The notes under the pieces were generated by a model. It was not told the DNA's origin, ran no database searches, and saw nothing but the letters and a program-made list of their open reading frames with translations. Positions 43,335 through 52,065 of a stretch of 64,000 nucleotides of DNA are shown piece by piece (positions within the stretch are counted from its first letter, which is position 1; every line of letters starts with the position of its first letter). The DNA comes from Anaerolineales bacterium. GTDB lineage: Bacteria > Chloroflexota > Anaerolineae > Anaerolineales > UBA11579. Made by a program: the position numbers and the translations under genes. The stretch lies in contig JAJTXV010000006.1 in NCBI GenBank assembly GCA_021463845.1, positions 49,089 through 113,088 on the forward strand. Direction: 5' to 3'.

Positions 43335-45518
43335 CTAGACGAAACGCTCGCGGATCTCGGAACTGACAAAGTCGAGCGCGGCTACGGTGATGGCGATCAG
43401 CCAGACGGCAATGCCCACCGCCTCGTACTGGTACAGGCGGATCCATTGCAGCAGGATGAAGCCGATACCGCCGCCGCCCACGAAACCCAGCAGGGTGGAC
43501 ATACGCACGTTGATGTCCCAACGGTAGACCGTGAAGGAAATCACCGGCGGCAGGATCTGCGGTACGACCGCGTACACAATGCTCTGCAAGCGGTTGGCGC
43601 CAACGGCGTCCAGCGCTTCCAGCGGGCCGGGGTCAATGCTCTCGATGGCCTCCGAGTACAGCTTGGCCAGCGAGGCGATAGTATGCAGGGTTAGCGCCAG
43701 CGTGCCGGCGAAGGGTCCCAGGCCCACCCAGATGGCGGCGATGATGGCGTAGATCAACGCCTCCACCGAGCGCACCACGTTGAGGATGGTGCGGATGACT
43801 GCATACAGCATCAGGCCAATCGGCACGCGGCGGGTGTTGCTGCGGCGGTACAGGTAGAACAGCGTTGCCGCCGCCACCAGCACCGCGCCGATAATGCCGT
43901 AGAGCTCTTCGTTGATGGCGGCCACTTCGGCGCCCACCACGATCGAGCGCACGCCGCGGCTGAAGCCCAGGCCCAGTTGGTATCCGGGGAAGCCAGCCAT
44001 GACGGCCAGCAGCACCGAGGCCACCCAGTAGCCGTTGCCCTTGCCCAGGCGTGACAGCAACGCCTCGGACAGGCGGCCGCCAAGCTGCAGGCCGAGATAG
44101 CCGAGGCCTAGCACTGCCACGGCGCCCACCAGGAAGATCTGCACGGGGGCCTGCTCCAGGCCGCCCAGGCGGTCAGACACAAAGTCGGTCACTTGCAGGC
44201 CAGCCCAGCCGCCTGCAACCAGGCCGAGCACATTGCCTACAATGCGCTCGGGGGCGCTCATGATCGGCGCCATCAGGTTCTTGGCCGCCAGGAACGAGAT
44301 CGGGAAGGCGGCCAGGATGCCGAAGAAGGTGGCCATCAGACCGATCATGATGGTTTCCAGCAGACCGATCAGGGCCAGATGCATTTCATTGCTCAGCCGG
44401 CCGCCAAACACCTGCACGCTCTCCTGGCGGATGATGAGCGAATGGACCTGTGCGCCGGTCGCCGTCTCCGGCGAGATGACTGCATCGGGGATATTTAGCT
44501 TGGTTTCGAATTCACCGTTCTCATCAATGATGATGGTGGTCTCACCCATGCCGCGCGGCGTGAACGGATTACCGATGGGGTTGGCCCAGCGAATCAATAC
44601 TTCCTGCCCGGGCACAAAATTGCCGCCCGTGATCGTCAGTTCTGTGCCCAGGATCAGGCCGCCGGTCACCGGGCGGGAGCTCAGCTCACCGCAGGTGGGC
44701 GTGGCGCTGATCCAGGGTTCGTCATCCAATATAGGATTGGGCGGCGGCGCCGAGGCTTCGTCCGTACACGGCGCCTGGATCTTCTGCACTACCTCAAAGA
44801 CTTCCTGATCGTAGGCAAAGGCTGCCCGCCACGGCCACAGCAGGCGCGGCAGCAAAATGCCGACATCCTGATATTCACGGATGGCCTTGGGCATATCCAC
44901 CGCGGTCAGGTTGTAGCCGAGGGCAAACACCAGCAGACAGGCCAGCACGATCGCGCCGGCCATGGAGGGGAAGCGTGTGCTGCCGTCCCGCTTGGTGCCT
45001 AGGCTCTTGGTGTTACCGATGCGGGCGGCATCGCCCACTTGCCACAGCCACAAGGCGGCCAGGGCCGCACCGGAGTACAGCGCCGTGCCGGCGTGGATCT
45101 GGCTCAATTGCTCTGCCGTGACCACGGTGGCCAGAATGTCATCACCGACCCAAATGGTCAGCAGGAAGAATACGATTACCACGCCATACATGCTGAACGT
45201 TTCGGCCAACGGGTCCTTCAGCACGAAACGGAGTAACAGGTGGCGCACCGCCAGCAGGAATAGCAGCAGGGCTGCACAAGCCAGCACAATGCGGAAGTAC
45301 ACGCTGGTGGCCATGGCGTATTCGGGGAAGCGGGCGCGTTGGGCCACCGTCCACATGCTCAACCCGAACAGGGTCAGCACGGTCAGCAGCAGGCTGAAGC
45401 CGCGGCTGCGCGCCCCGGCCACGAACTGGCCCAGGCCGGGCACGAAGAACGAGAGCGCAGCGTGCAACAGGCTGCCGCGCGGTTGGTCTACCAAGTGGGT
45501 GTTCTTAGTCTCAGCCAT
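43335..45518 (-). CDS. phnE: phosphonate ABC transporter permease with a large N-terminal extension
   Basis: 727 aa. The C-terminal ~330 aa are PhnE-like (EAIESIDPGPLEALDAVGANRLQSIVYAVVPQILPP). The N-terminal ~390 aa add TM helices and a beta-rich extracytoplasmic segment. Confidence 0.8.
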   Translation of the reverse strand: MAETKNTHLVDQPRGSLLHAALSFFVPGLGQFVAGARSRGFSLLLTVLTLFGLSMWTVAQRARFPEYAMATSVYFRIVLACAALLLFLLAVRHLLLRFVLKDPLAETFSMYGVVIVFFLLTIWVGDDILATVVTAEQLSQIHAGTALYSGAALAALWLWQVGDAARIGNTKSLGTKRDGSTRFPSMAGAIVLACLLVFALGYNLTAVDMPKAIREYQDVGILLPRLLWPWRAAFAYDQEVFEVVQKIQAPCTDEASAPPPNPILDDEPWISATPTCGELSSRPVTGGLILGTELTITGGNFVPGQEVLIRWANPIGNPFTPRGMGETTIIIDENGEFETKLNIPDAVISPETATGAQVHSLIIRQESVQVFGGRLSNEMHLALIGLLETIMIGLMATFFGILAAFPISFLAAKNLMAPIMSAPERIVGNVLGLVAGGWAGLQVTDFVSDRLGGLEQAPVQIFLVGAVAVLGLGYLGLQLGGRLSEALLSRLGKGNGYWVASVLLAVMAGFPGYQLGLGFSRGVRSIVVGAEVAAINEELYGIIGAVLVAAATLFYLYRRSNTRRVPIGLMLYAVIRTILNVVRSVEALIYAIIAAIWVGLGPFAGTLALTLHTIASLAKLYSEAIESIDPGPLEALDAVGANRLQSIVYAVVPQILPPVISFTVYRWDINVRMSTLLGFVGGGGIGFILLQWIRLYQYEAVGIAVWLIAITVAALDFVSSEIRERFV

Positions 45519-46285
45519 TACTGCCCGCCCATGCGCACGGCGTCTTCGCCGTAAATTTCGCGGAAGCGCTCATCGCTCATCCTGGCGATGTCGTCTTTCG
45601 TACCCTCGAACACCACTTTGCCGTCGCGCAGACCGATCACGCGCTCACAGTAGCGCTGCACCAGGTCCAGATAGTGCAGGCTGCACAGCACGGTGATGTT
45701 GTCTTCGCTATTCAGTTTCTCAAGGTATCCAAGAATGGAATGGGCCAGTACGGGGTCAAGGCTGGCCACCGGTTCGTCGGCCAGGATCATTTTGGGCTCC
45801 TGCATCAGCGCACGGGCAATGCCCACGCGCTGCTGCTGCCCGCCGGAGAGTTCGTCGGCGCGGTTGAGCGCCTTCTCCGGGATGCCGACCCGCTCCAACG
45901 CTCTGAGCGCCATCTGGCGGTCCTGGCGGCTGAAGCGGTTGGCCAGCGCCCAGCTGGGCGGCGTGTAGCCCAGCCGCCCGGAAAGCACATTGGTCAGCAC
46001 GCTGGAGCGCTTGACCAGGTTGAATTGCTGGAACACCATGCCAATTTCCCGGCGCACCGTGCGCAGTTCACCCTGGGGCAGATGGGTGATGTCTTTGCCG
46101 TTCCATATAATGCGCCCCTCGGTGGGTTCCAACAGACGATTGATGCATCGCAGCAAGGTGGACTTGCCAGACCCGCTCAGGCCGATCACGCCTAGGAACT
46201 CGCCGTCTTTGACTTCAAAGCTAACGTCCCGCAGCGCTACGGTGCCATCCGGGTAGATCATGGTAAGGTGTTCGACAGTCAGCAT
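45518..46285 (-). CDS. phnC: phosphonate ABC transporter ATP-binding protein
   Basis: ATG at 46285 ([11 protein letters not shown]...). Walker [10 protein letters not shown], signature LSGGQQQRV, Walker B ILADEP. TAATG overlap with phnE. Confidence 0.9.
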   Translation of the reverse strand: MLTVEHLTMIYPDGTVALRDVSFEVKDGEFLGVIGLSGSGKSTLLRCINRLLEPTEGRIIWNGKDITHLPQGELRTVRREIGMVFQQFNLVKRSSVLTNVLSGRLGYTPPSWALANRFSRQDRQMALRALERVGIPEKALNRADELSGGQQQRVGIARALMQEPKMILADEPVASLDPVLAHSILGYLEKLNSEDNITVLCSLHYLDLVQRYCERVIGLRDGKVVFEGTKDDIARMSDERFREIYGEDAVRMGGQ

Positions 46286-46324
46286 AGCGATTATTGTAAA
46301 TGGATTCTGCGCCCAGAAAATAAG

Positions 46325-46377
46325 TAAAAAAAGCGGGAAGGTGGCGTCTAACGACGCCGGCACCTTCCCGCTTTTGT
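46325..46377 (-). terminator. intercistronic hairpin/partial terminator between phnD and phnC
   Basis: gcgggaaggtg (46332-46342) pairs with caccttcccgc (46360-46370), flanked by A and T runs. Typical of attenuation downstream of an ABC binding-protein gene. Confidence 0.6.
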
Positions 46378-46413
46378 GTGCTAGCTAAGCTAAAGCCTAG
46401 CAAAGGACGAAAC

Positions 46414-47397
46414 TTAGCAGTCCTCGCTGATGCGGCCAGCGTCGCTGATGCACATGCCGGCAGCTTCCAGCTGCTGGCGGAAGCCATCATAGAAGCTGTC
46501 TTCCGTGGTGGCCAGACCGCTCCAGCTGTACAGCTGGTTCAGCTGAGCCAAGCCATCTTCGCTGTCGTTCAGAGCCAGCAGGGCATCCACGATGGCCTGC
46601 ATCACGTCAGCGGGCATGTTCACGTCAAAGCTGATCGTGTCGTTGGGGATCGGGGCGCTCTCAGTGAGCACAGTCACCACTTCGTTCACGTCAGGGTACG
46701 CCTCAGCCACATTGGTGCGGGCGTCGGTGAAGCTGGAGCCGGCATCGCAGTCGCCGTTGTACACGCTGATGATCACACCATCGTGACCGCCGGCGTCCAC
46801 GATCGTCATTTCGGCCTCAGGGTCAATGCCCTCAGCCTTGATGGCGATGGACGGCAGAACCCAACCAGAGGTCGAGGTCGGGTCGGGGCGGCAGAAGGTG
46901 GTGCCAACCAGGTCAGCCAGGCTGGTGATGCCGGTTTCCGGGCGGGTCACGATCTGGCCGGTGTAGAAGGTGCTGCCGAAGCGCATGGACACCAAACCAA
47001 CCTCGGCGCAGCCGCGCTGCTTGGCCACGATGTAGTTGAAGGTGTTCAGAGCGCCCATCTGGGCTTCGCCGCTACACATGGCCTCAACGGCCGCAGTGAA
47101 GTCGGTGGAGATCACGGGCTCAATGACGTAGCCGGTGGCCTCTTCAACAGCCGCAGCAATGCCGCTGGCGCCGCTCAACACGGCGTCAGTGTCCTGCGAG
47201 GGGACCAGCACCCAAACGATCGGGTTGTCCGCGGTGCCGTACGCATACGGCTCCTCGGTTGGGGCGGGTGCTTCGGTGGGGGCTGCAGTCGGGGCCGGGG
47301 CCTCAGTGGGCTCCGGAGCCGCGCCTCCACCACATGCGGCCAACAGCAGTGACAGGATCACTACCAGGGCCAGCACGGGAAAGAAACGATTCTTCAT
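46414..47397 (-). CDS. phnD: phosphonate/phosphite ABC transporter substrate-binding lipoprotein
   Basis: ATG at 47397; lipobox LLLAAC; PhnD-like core (WVLVPSQD...GYVIEPVISTDFTAAVEAM...YTGQIV). Confidence 0.85.
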   Translation of the reverse strand: MKNRFFPVLALVVILSLLLAACGGGAAPEPTEAPAPTAAPTEAPAPTEEPYAYGTADNPIVWVLVPSQDTDAVLSGASGIAAAVEEATGYVIEPVISTDFTAAVEAMCSGEAQMGALNTFNYIVAKQRGCAEVGLVSMRFGSTFYTGQIVTRPETGITSLADLVGTTFCRPDPTSTSGWVLPSIAIKAEGIDPEAEMTIVDAGGHDGVIISVYNGDCDAGSSFTDARTNVAEAYPDVNEVVTVLTESAPIPNDTISFDVNMPADVMQAIVDALLALNDSEDGLAQLNQLYSWSGLATTEDSFYDGFRQQLEAAGMCISDAGRISEDC

Positions 47398-47541
47398 GGC
47401 TCTTCTCCTTGTGGGTTTTTGCGGCACGTTGGCCGCGTCGGCGAATTATAAAAACACCTTATCTGGTGTGACCTTAAAATATCTAGCCACAGATAGTGCT
47501 TGCGAATTTGTTAACCTTCGCACACGGCTAAAATAGCCTAA

Positions 47542-48834
47542 ATGCCCGCCCCAGACCTGCATGCGTACCTGGCCAGCCTGCCCAACCTGGCCACGCGTAA
47601 CCAGAACAGCCTGCCTGCCAGCGAATTTACCCTGGAGCGCATTGCGGCCTTGCTGGCCGCCGCCGGCAACCCGCAGCAGGCGTATGCCAGCCTGCATGTG
47701 GCCGGCACCAACGGCAAGGGTTCGGTGTGCGCGCTGTGCGCCGCAGCCTTGCAGGCGGCTGGCTACCGCGTCGGCCGCTTCACCTCGCCGCATATTCAGG
47801 GAGACTTGCACGGCATCGTGGTGGACGGCCAACCCGCCAGCGCGAGCCAGCTGCAGGCGGCCTTCGAGGAGTTGTATCCATATCTGGACACGGCTCAGGG
47901 TTGGACCCACTTTGAGATCGTGGTGGCGTTGATGTTCATCCATTTCGCGCGCATGGGAGTCAATGCAGCCGTCGTGGAAGTGGGTCTGGGCGGGCGTGAT
48001 GACGCCACCAATGTGTTGCTGCCCAATATCAGCATCATCACGCCGATCGACTATGACCACACCGCCATCCTGGGTAACACCTTGGCCGAGATCGCCGCCC
48101 ACAAGGCCGGCATCATCAAGCCCGGGGTGCCGGTGGTCAGCGCGCCGCAGCCGGCCGAAGCCGCGGCGGTCATCGCCGCGGCGGCCACGGCCCAGGGCGC
48201 GCCGCTTACCCAGGTGGGGCAGGCGTGGGAGGTCGAGCCGCTGCAGGCCAGCCTGGGCGGCCAGCGCCTGCGCGTGCGCCGCACCGGCGGCGATTGGCAT
48301 GAGCTGGATATTGGCCTGCTGGGCAAGCACCAGCTCTACAACGCCGCCACCACGTATGCTGCCTTGCAGACCTTGAACGAGCGCGGCGTGCCTATAGGCG
48401 CCGAGGCCATCGCGGCCGGGTTCGCCGCCGCCCGCTGGCCCGGCCGCTTTGAAGTGCTGCTCGGAACGCCAACGACGATCCTCGACGGCGCCCACAGTCC
48501 GGCGGCGGCGCGCGCCCTGCGCGCCGCGCTGGACGCGTATTTTCCCGATCAGCCTGTCGTGCTGGTGTTGGGCGTCTCGGCCGACAAAGACCTGCCGGGC
48601 TTGTTGCAACCGCTGCTGCCGCGTGTGCAGCGTGTGATTGCTACGCAATCACAGCAGCAGCGGGCCATGCCCGCCGCCCAACTGACCGAGCAGCTGGGCG
48701 CGCTGGGTGTGCAGGCGGCAGCCGAGCCGCAGCCGGTTGCAGCCTTGGCGGCGGCCCGGGCGGCCTGCCCGCCGGGCGGGCTGGTGCTGGTGGCGGGGTC
48801 AGTGTTTTTGGTGGATGAGGTGCACGAGGGATAG
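47542..48834 (+). CDS. folC: bifunctional folylpolyglutamate synthase/dihydrofolate synthase
   Basis: 430 aa; HVAGTNGKGS P-loop and Mur-ligase pattern. TAAAAT lies 7 nt upstream of the ATG, no SD. Confidence 0.9.
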   Translation: MPAPDLHAYLASLPNLATRNQNSLPASEFTLERIAALLAAAGNPQQAYASLHVAGTNGKGSVCALCAAALQAAGYRVGRFTSPHIQGDLHGIVVDGQPASASQLQAAFEELYPYLDTAQGWTHFEIVVALMFIHFARMGVNAAVVEVGLGGRDDATNVLLPNISIITPIDYDHTAILGNTLAEIAAHKAGIIKPGVPVVSAPQPAEAAAVIAAAATAQGAPLTQVGQAWEVEPLQASLGGQRLRVRRTGGDWHELDIGLLGKHQLYNAATTYAALQTLNERGVPIGAEAIAAGFAAARWPGRFEVLLGTPTTILDGAHSPAAARALRAALDAYFPDQPVVLVLGVSADKDLPGLLQPLLPRVQRVIATQSQQQRAMPAAQLTEQLGALGVQAAAEPQPVAALAAARAACPPGGLVLVAGSVFLVDEVHEG

Positions 48835-48848
48835 GAGTTGACAAGCCC

Positions 48849-49002
48849 GTGTTATTCTGACCGGGTTTGTATATCTAGACCAGAATGCGCTGCGCAGCAG
48901 CGCACGAGTCCGGACCAGGGAATCCTTGCTGGCAGGTCTTCTATAGTGAGCTTGTATCTGCTATGCGCGTAGCGAAGATCCCTCGCTTGCGCTCCGGATG
49001 CA
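48849..49002. repeat. family-2 MITE-like repeat copy
   Basis: gtgttattctgaccgggt...ggaatccttgctggcaggtcttcta...agcgaagatccctcgcttgcgctccggatgca. Related to 21432-21606 and 22334-22473. Confidence 0.75.
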
Positions 49003-49059
49003 TGATAAGTTTAGGCGCGCCTTCATTCGATTCCAAGAATTCAATGCGATAATTGTTCA

Positions 49060-49935
49060 ATGAAGCAAACACAACGATTGCTTTCTGTCTTCCTATTACT
49101 TGCACTGGCGGCCTGCAACCTGCCGGGCACGCCAGCCCAGCCCACGGCTACCAGCATCGCCTTGCCCCCCGCCAGCGCAACCACCGCGCCGCTCGAGCCG
49201 GCGGCCACCAGCCCGGCTGAGCCTTCCGGCGAAGTGGCCCTCGAAGCCATCCTGATCGGCAGCCCGGGCTTCGGCTCAACGGTCACCTCGCCGGTCACGG
49301 TCAGCGGCCAATCTCGCCCCACCTTTGAGCAAAATCTGGTCATCGCCATCTACGATGAAGCCGGCAACCAGCTCGCCCTGACGCCCACCACCATCGCCGC
49401 CGATGCCGGCAGCCCTGGCCCCTTCTCCGCTGAGCTGAGTTTCAGCGTGCCGTTTGAGCAAGCCGGCCGCATCGCCGTGATGGAGCACAGCGCCATGGAC
49501 GGCGGCATCGTGCACCTCACCAGCGTGGAGGTGACCCTGCGCCCCTCCGGCGCGGCCAGCATCCTGCCGCAGCCGGTGACAGCTGAGAATATTGATATCC
49601 GATCGCCGCTGCCCAACAGCGTCATCAGCGGCGGCAGCCTCACCGTCAGCGGCTTCTCCGAGTACTACTTTGAATCCACGCTGGGCTTGAAACTGTGCGG
49701 GCCAGGCGAGGGCGCTGGCGCGGCCGACCCCATCTGTGGCGACAGCCACAATGTGCTGGCGCATACCTTCGCCACGATCGACTCGCCGGACATCGGCATT
49801 GCCGGCCCGTTCAGCGGCACGCTGACCTGGTCGGTATCTTCGGCCGTGCCGGGCCGCATCGTGGTTTATGCTGAGTCCATGCGCGACGGCGGCATCACTC
49901 ACCTCAGCAGCATTCCCGTGCTCATCCAACCGTGA
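49060..49935 (+). CDS. lipoprotein with two Gmad2-type Ig-like domains
   Basis: 291 aa; lipobox LLALAAC. Two repeats of the I..SP....V.SP.TVSG.S..FE pattern. Confidence 0.6.
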   Translation: MKQTQRLLSVFLLLALAACNLPGTPAQPTATSIALPPASATTAPLEPAATSPAEPSGEVALEAILIGSPGFGSTVTSPVTVSGQSRPTFEQNLVIAIYDEAGNQLALTPTTIAADAGSPGPFSAELSFSVPFEQAGRIAVMEHSAMDGGIVHLTSVEVTLRPSGAASILPQPVTAENIDIRSPLPNSVISGGSLTVSGFSEYYFESTLGLKLCGPGEGAGAADPICGDSHNVLAHTFATIDSPDIGIAGPFSGTLTWSVSSAVPGRIVVYAESMRDGGITHLSSIPVLIQP

Positions 49936-50744
49936 GCGCCGGCCCAACGCAGCATCCCGTCATCCTGATCACCGGCGCATCCTCGGGCATAGGCGCGGCC
50001 ACGGCGCGCCGCTTTGCGCTCAATGGCTACCGCGTCGCCCTGGCCGCCCGCCGCCTGGATCGCCTGCAGGCTCTGCAGGCTGAGATCGAGGCGGCCGGCG
50101 GCGAAGCCATCGCCATCCAGGCCGATGTCAGCGATGCGGCCTCGGTGGAGAAGATGGTTGCGCAGACGCTCAAAGCCTACGACCAGATAGATGTGCTGTT
50201 CAACAATGCTGGCTTCGGCCGAACCAAGTGGCTCGAGAAGCTTGACCCGCAAGAAGATATTGCCGCCCAGATCAATACCAATCTGACCGGGGCCATTCTG
50301 GCCGCGCAGGCGGTGCTGCCCCACATGATCAAACGCCGCAGCGGCCACATCATTAACATGAGCTCGGTCTCGGGGCTGCTGGCCACGCCTACCTACAGCA
50401 TCTATGCCGCCACGAAGTTTGGCCTGCGCGGCTTCAGTGATGCGCTGCGGCGCGAGGTGGGCGTGTTCGGCATCAGGGTTTCGGTGATATACCCCGGCGC
50501 CGTCACCACTGACTTTGCCAGCCACACGGGCGCCAGCCGCAAGACCGGGGTCAGCACCCCCAAGGCGCTGGTGCTCACGCCGGAGCAGGTGGCCCAGGCC
50601 GTGCTTGGTCTGGCCCGCCGCCCCCGCCGCGCCCTCATCATCCCCGCCGTTTCCGGGTTGGCCGTGCTGTTCGCCAACCTGTTTCCCGGTCTGACGGATT
50701 GGCTGCAAGAGCGTTTCTTCACCCGCCCCGAACGCGGGCTGTAA
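49932..50744 (+). CDS. SDR-family oxidoreductase
   Basis: 270 aa; TGASSGIGAATA, NNAG, YAATKFG motifs; GTGA overlap with the upstream gene. Confidence 0.9.
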   Translation: MSAGPTQHPVILITGASSGIGAATARRFALNGYRVALAARRLDRLQALQAEIEAAGGEAIAIQADVSDAASVEKMVAQTLKAYDQIDVLFNNAGFGRTKWLEKLDPQEDIAAQINTNLTGAILAAQAVLPHMIKRRSGHIINMSSVSGLLATPTYSIYAATKFGLRGFSDALRREVGVFGIRVSVIYPGAVTTDFASHTGASRKTGVSTPKALVLTPEQVAQAVLGLARRPRRALIIPAVSGLAVLFANLFPGLTDWLQERFFTRPERGL

Positions 50745-50802
50745 CTCCGTATTCTTCGTTCTGAGCCGTGGCCAATGCAGGCCAGCGTGCCCTCGCGCCC
50801 TT

Positions 50803-50827
50803 GTCATCCCGAGCGCAGCGAGGGATC
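50803..50827. repeat. solo 25-bp base unit gtcatcccgagcgcagcgagggatc
   Basis: Uninterrupted version of the module that forms the ends of the family-2 elements. A related solo unit, gtcgccctgagcgcagcgaagggcatc, is at 1544-1570. Confidence 0.6.
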
Positions 50828-51064
50828 CGTATTCAGCCAGTCTCTACTCCATCGCATCTGCTGGAGATTAACAAACGCCTAACAGATCCCTCTTAAGAAC
50901 TCCTTGAAAAGTCAGGCAATGAGCCTGAGCGCGGCCATTCACATGATACAAAGTGCAAGCCCAGCTGATTCAGGAGGCCAAAATGTTGTTAGTAATAAGT
51001 TTTAACCCCTCCCTCTCTCGCGCAATAACTTCTTTGCTTATGAAGTACGGAGTAAAATCCCGCA

Positions 51065-51988
51065 ATGAAGTTCCTATTCCTATTCATGGACGGCATTGGC
51101 TTTGGCGACAACAACCCCGAAACCAACCCCTTCGCCGCCGCCAAGACCCCGAATATTGACGCCCTGTTGGGCGGCGCCCGCATCGTAGCCGGTAGCGCTC
51201 CACTTGAAACTGCCCGCGCCAGCCTGCTGGCGCTCGACCCCAACCTGGGCATGCCCGGCCTGCCGCAATCCGCCACCGGCCAGGCAACCCTGGTCACCGG
51301 CAAGAATGTGCCGCAGATCGTTGGTGAGCACTACGGCCCCAAACCCAACAAGCCGGTGGCCGCCGTGGTGAGGGAAGATAATCTGTTCATGCAGCTGGCT
51401 CAACGCGGCTACCGCAGCACCTTGCTCAATGCCTACCCGCCGCCTTACTTCCAGGGCATCGAGAGCGGCAAACGCCTGCTCTCTGCTATCCCGCTGGCGG
51501 TCACCAGCGCTGGCATCGCGCTCAAGACCCATGAGGACATGCTGCACGGCGACGGCTTCTCGGCCGACTTCACCGGCGAGGGCTGGCGCACCCATCTCGG
51601 CTTCACCGACTCGCCGCTGCACACACCGCATGAAGCTGGCCGCCGCCTGGCCGAGGTCACCCGCACCTACGACCTGGCCTTCTTCGAATTCTGGCCCAGC
51701 GACTATGCCGGCCACCATCAGGATCACGAAGGCGCAGTCAAGCTCCTGGAGCACTTCGATGGCGTGATGGGCGGCCTGCTGGAAGCCTGGGTCGATGATG
51801 AAGGCCTTATCCTCATCACGTCCGACCACGGCAATATGGAAGACCTGAGCCGCCGCACCCACACCGACAATCCCGTGCCGGCTCTCGTGATCGGCGCGCC
51901 GGCCCTGCGCCAGCAATTCTGCGCCGGCCTGCAAGACCTCAGCCACGTCACCCCGGCCATTTTGCAGTTCTATCCGCCTAAAGGATAA
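51065..51988 (+). CDS. alkaline-phosphatase-superfamily metalloenzyme (cofactor-independent phosphoglycerate mutase/phosphopentomutase-like)
   Basis: 307 aa; MKFLFLFMDGIGFG...TPNIDAL N-terminus and ITSDHGNMED metal-ligand block. Confidence 0.6.
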   Translation: MKFLFLFMDGIGFGDNNPETNPFAAAKTPNIDALLGGARIVAGSAPLETARASLLALDPNLGMPGLPQSATGQATLVTGKNVPQIVGEHYGPKPNKPVAAVVREDNLFMQLAQRGYRSTLLNAYPPPYFQGIESGKRLLSAIPLAVTSAGIALKTHEDMLHGDGFSADFTGEGWRTHLGFTDSPLHTPHEAGRRLAEVTRTYDLAFFEFWPSDYAGHHQDHEGAVKLLEHFDGVMGGLLEAWVDDEGLILITSDHGNMEDLSRRTHTDNPVPALVIGAPALRQQFCAGLQDLSHVTPAILQFYPPKG

Positions 51989-52065
51989 GATGATCATGCT
52001 CAGCGCCTGCCTGACCGGTAGATTTGATCGCTGGTCTGGCGCGCCGCGCATAGGTGGGAGGCCGC

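Noticed and set aside
47446-48648. 400-aa minus-strand ORF
   Set aside because: Antisense to folC (HVAGTNGKGS P-loop on the plus strand).
50983-51159. 58-codon ORF with a strong SD (caggaggccaaaATG) overlapping the start of the metalloenzyme gene out of frame
   Set aside because: The downstream gene has a family-typical N-terminus (MKFLFLFMDGIGFG) at its own ATG. The overlapping frame becomes Arg/Pro/Gln-rich junk, so it is at most a short regulatory uORF, and that is unsupported.
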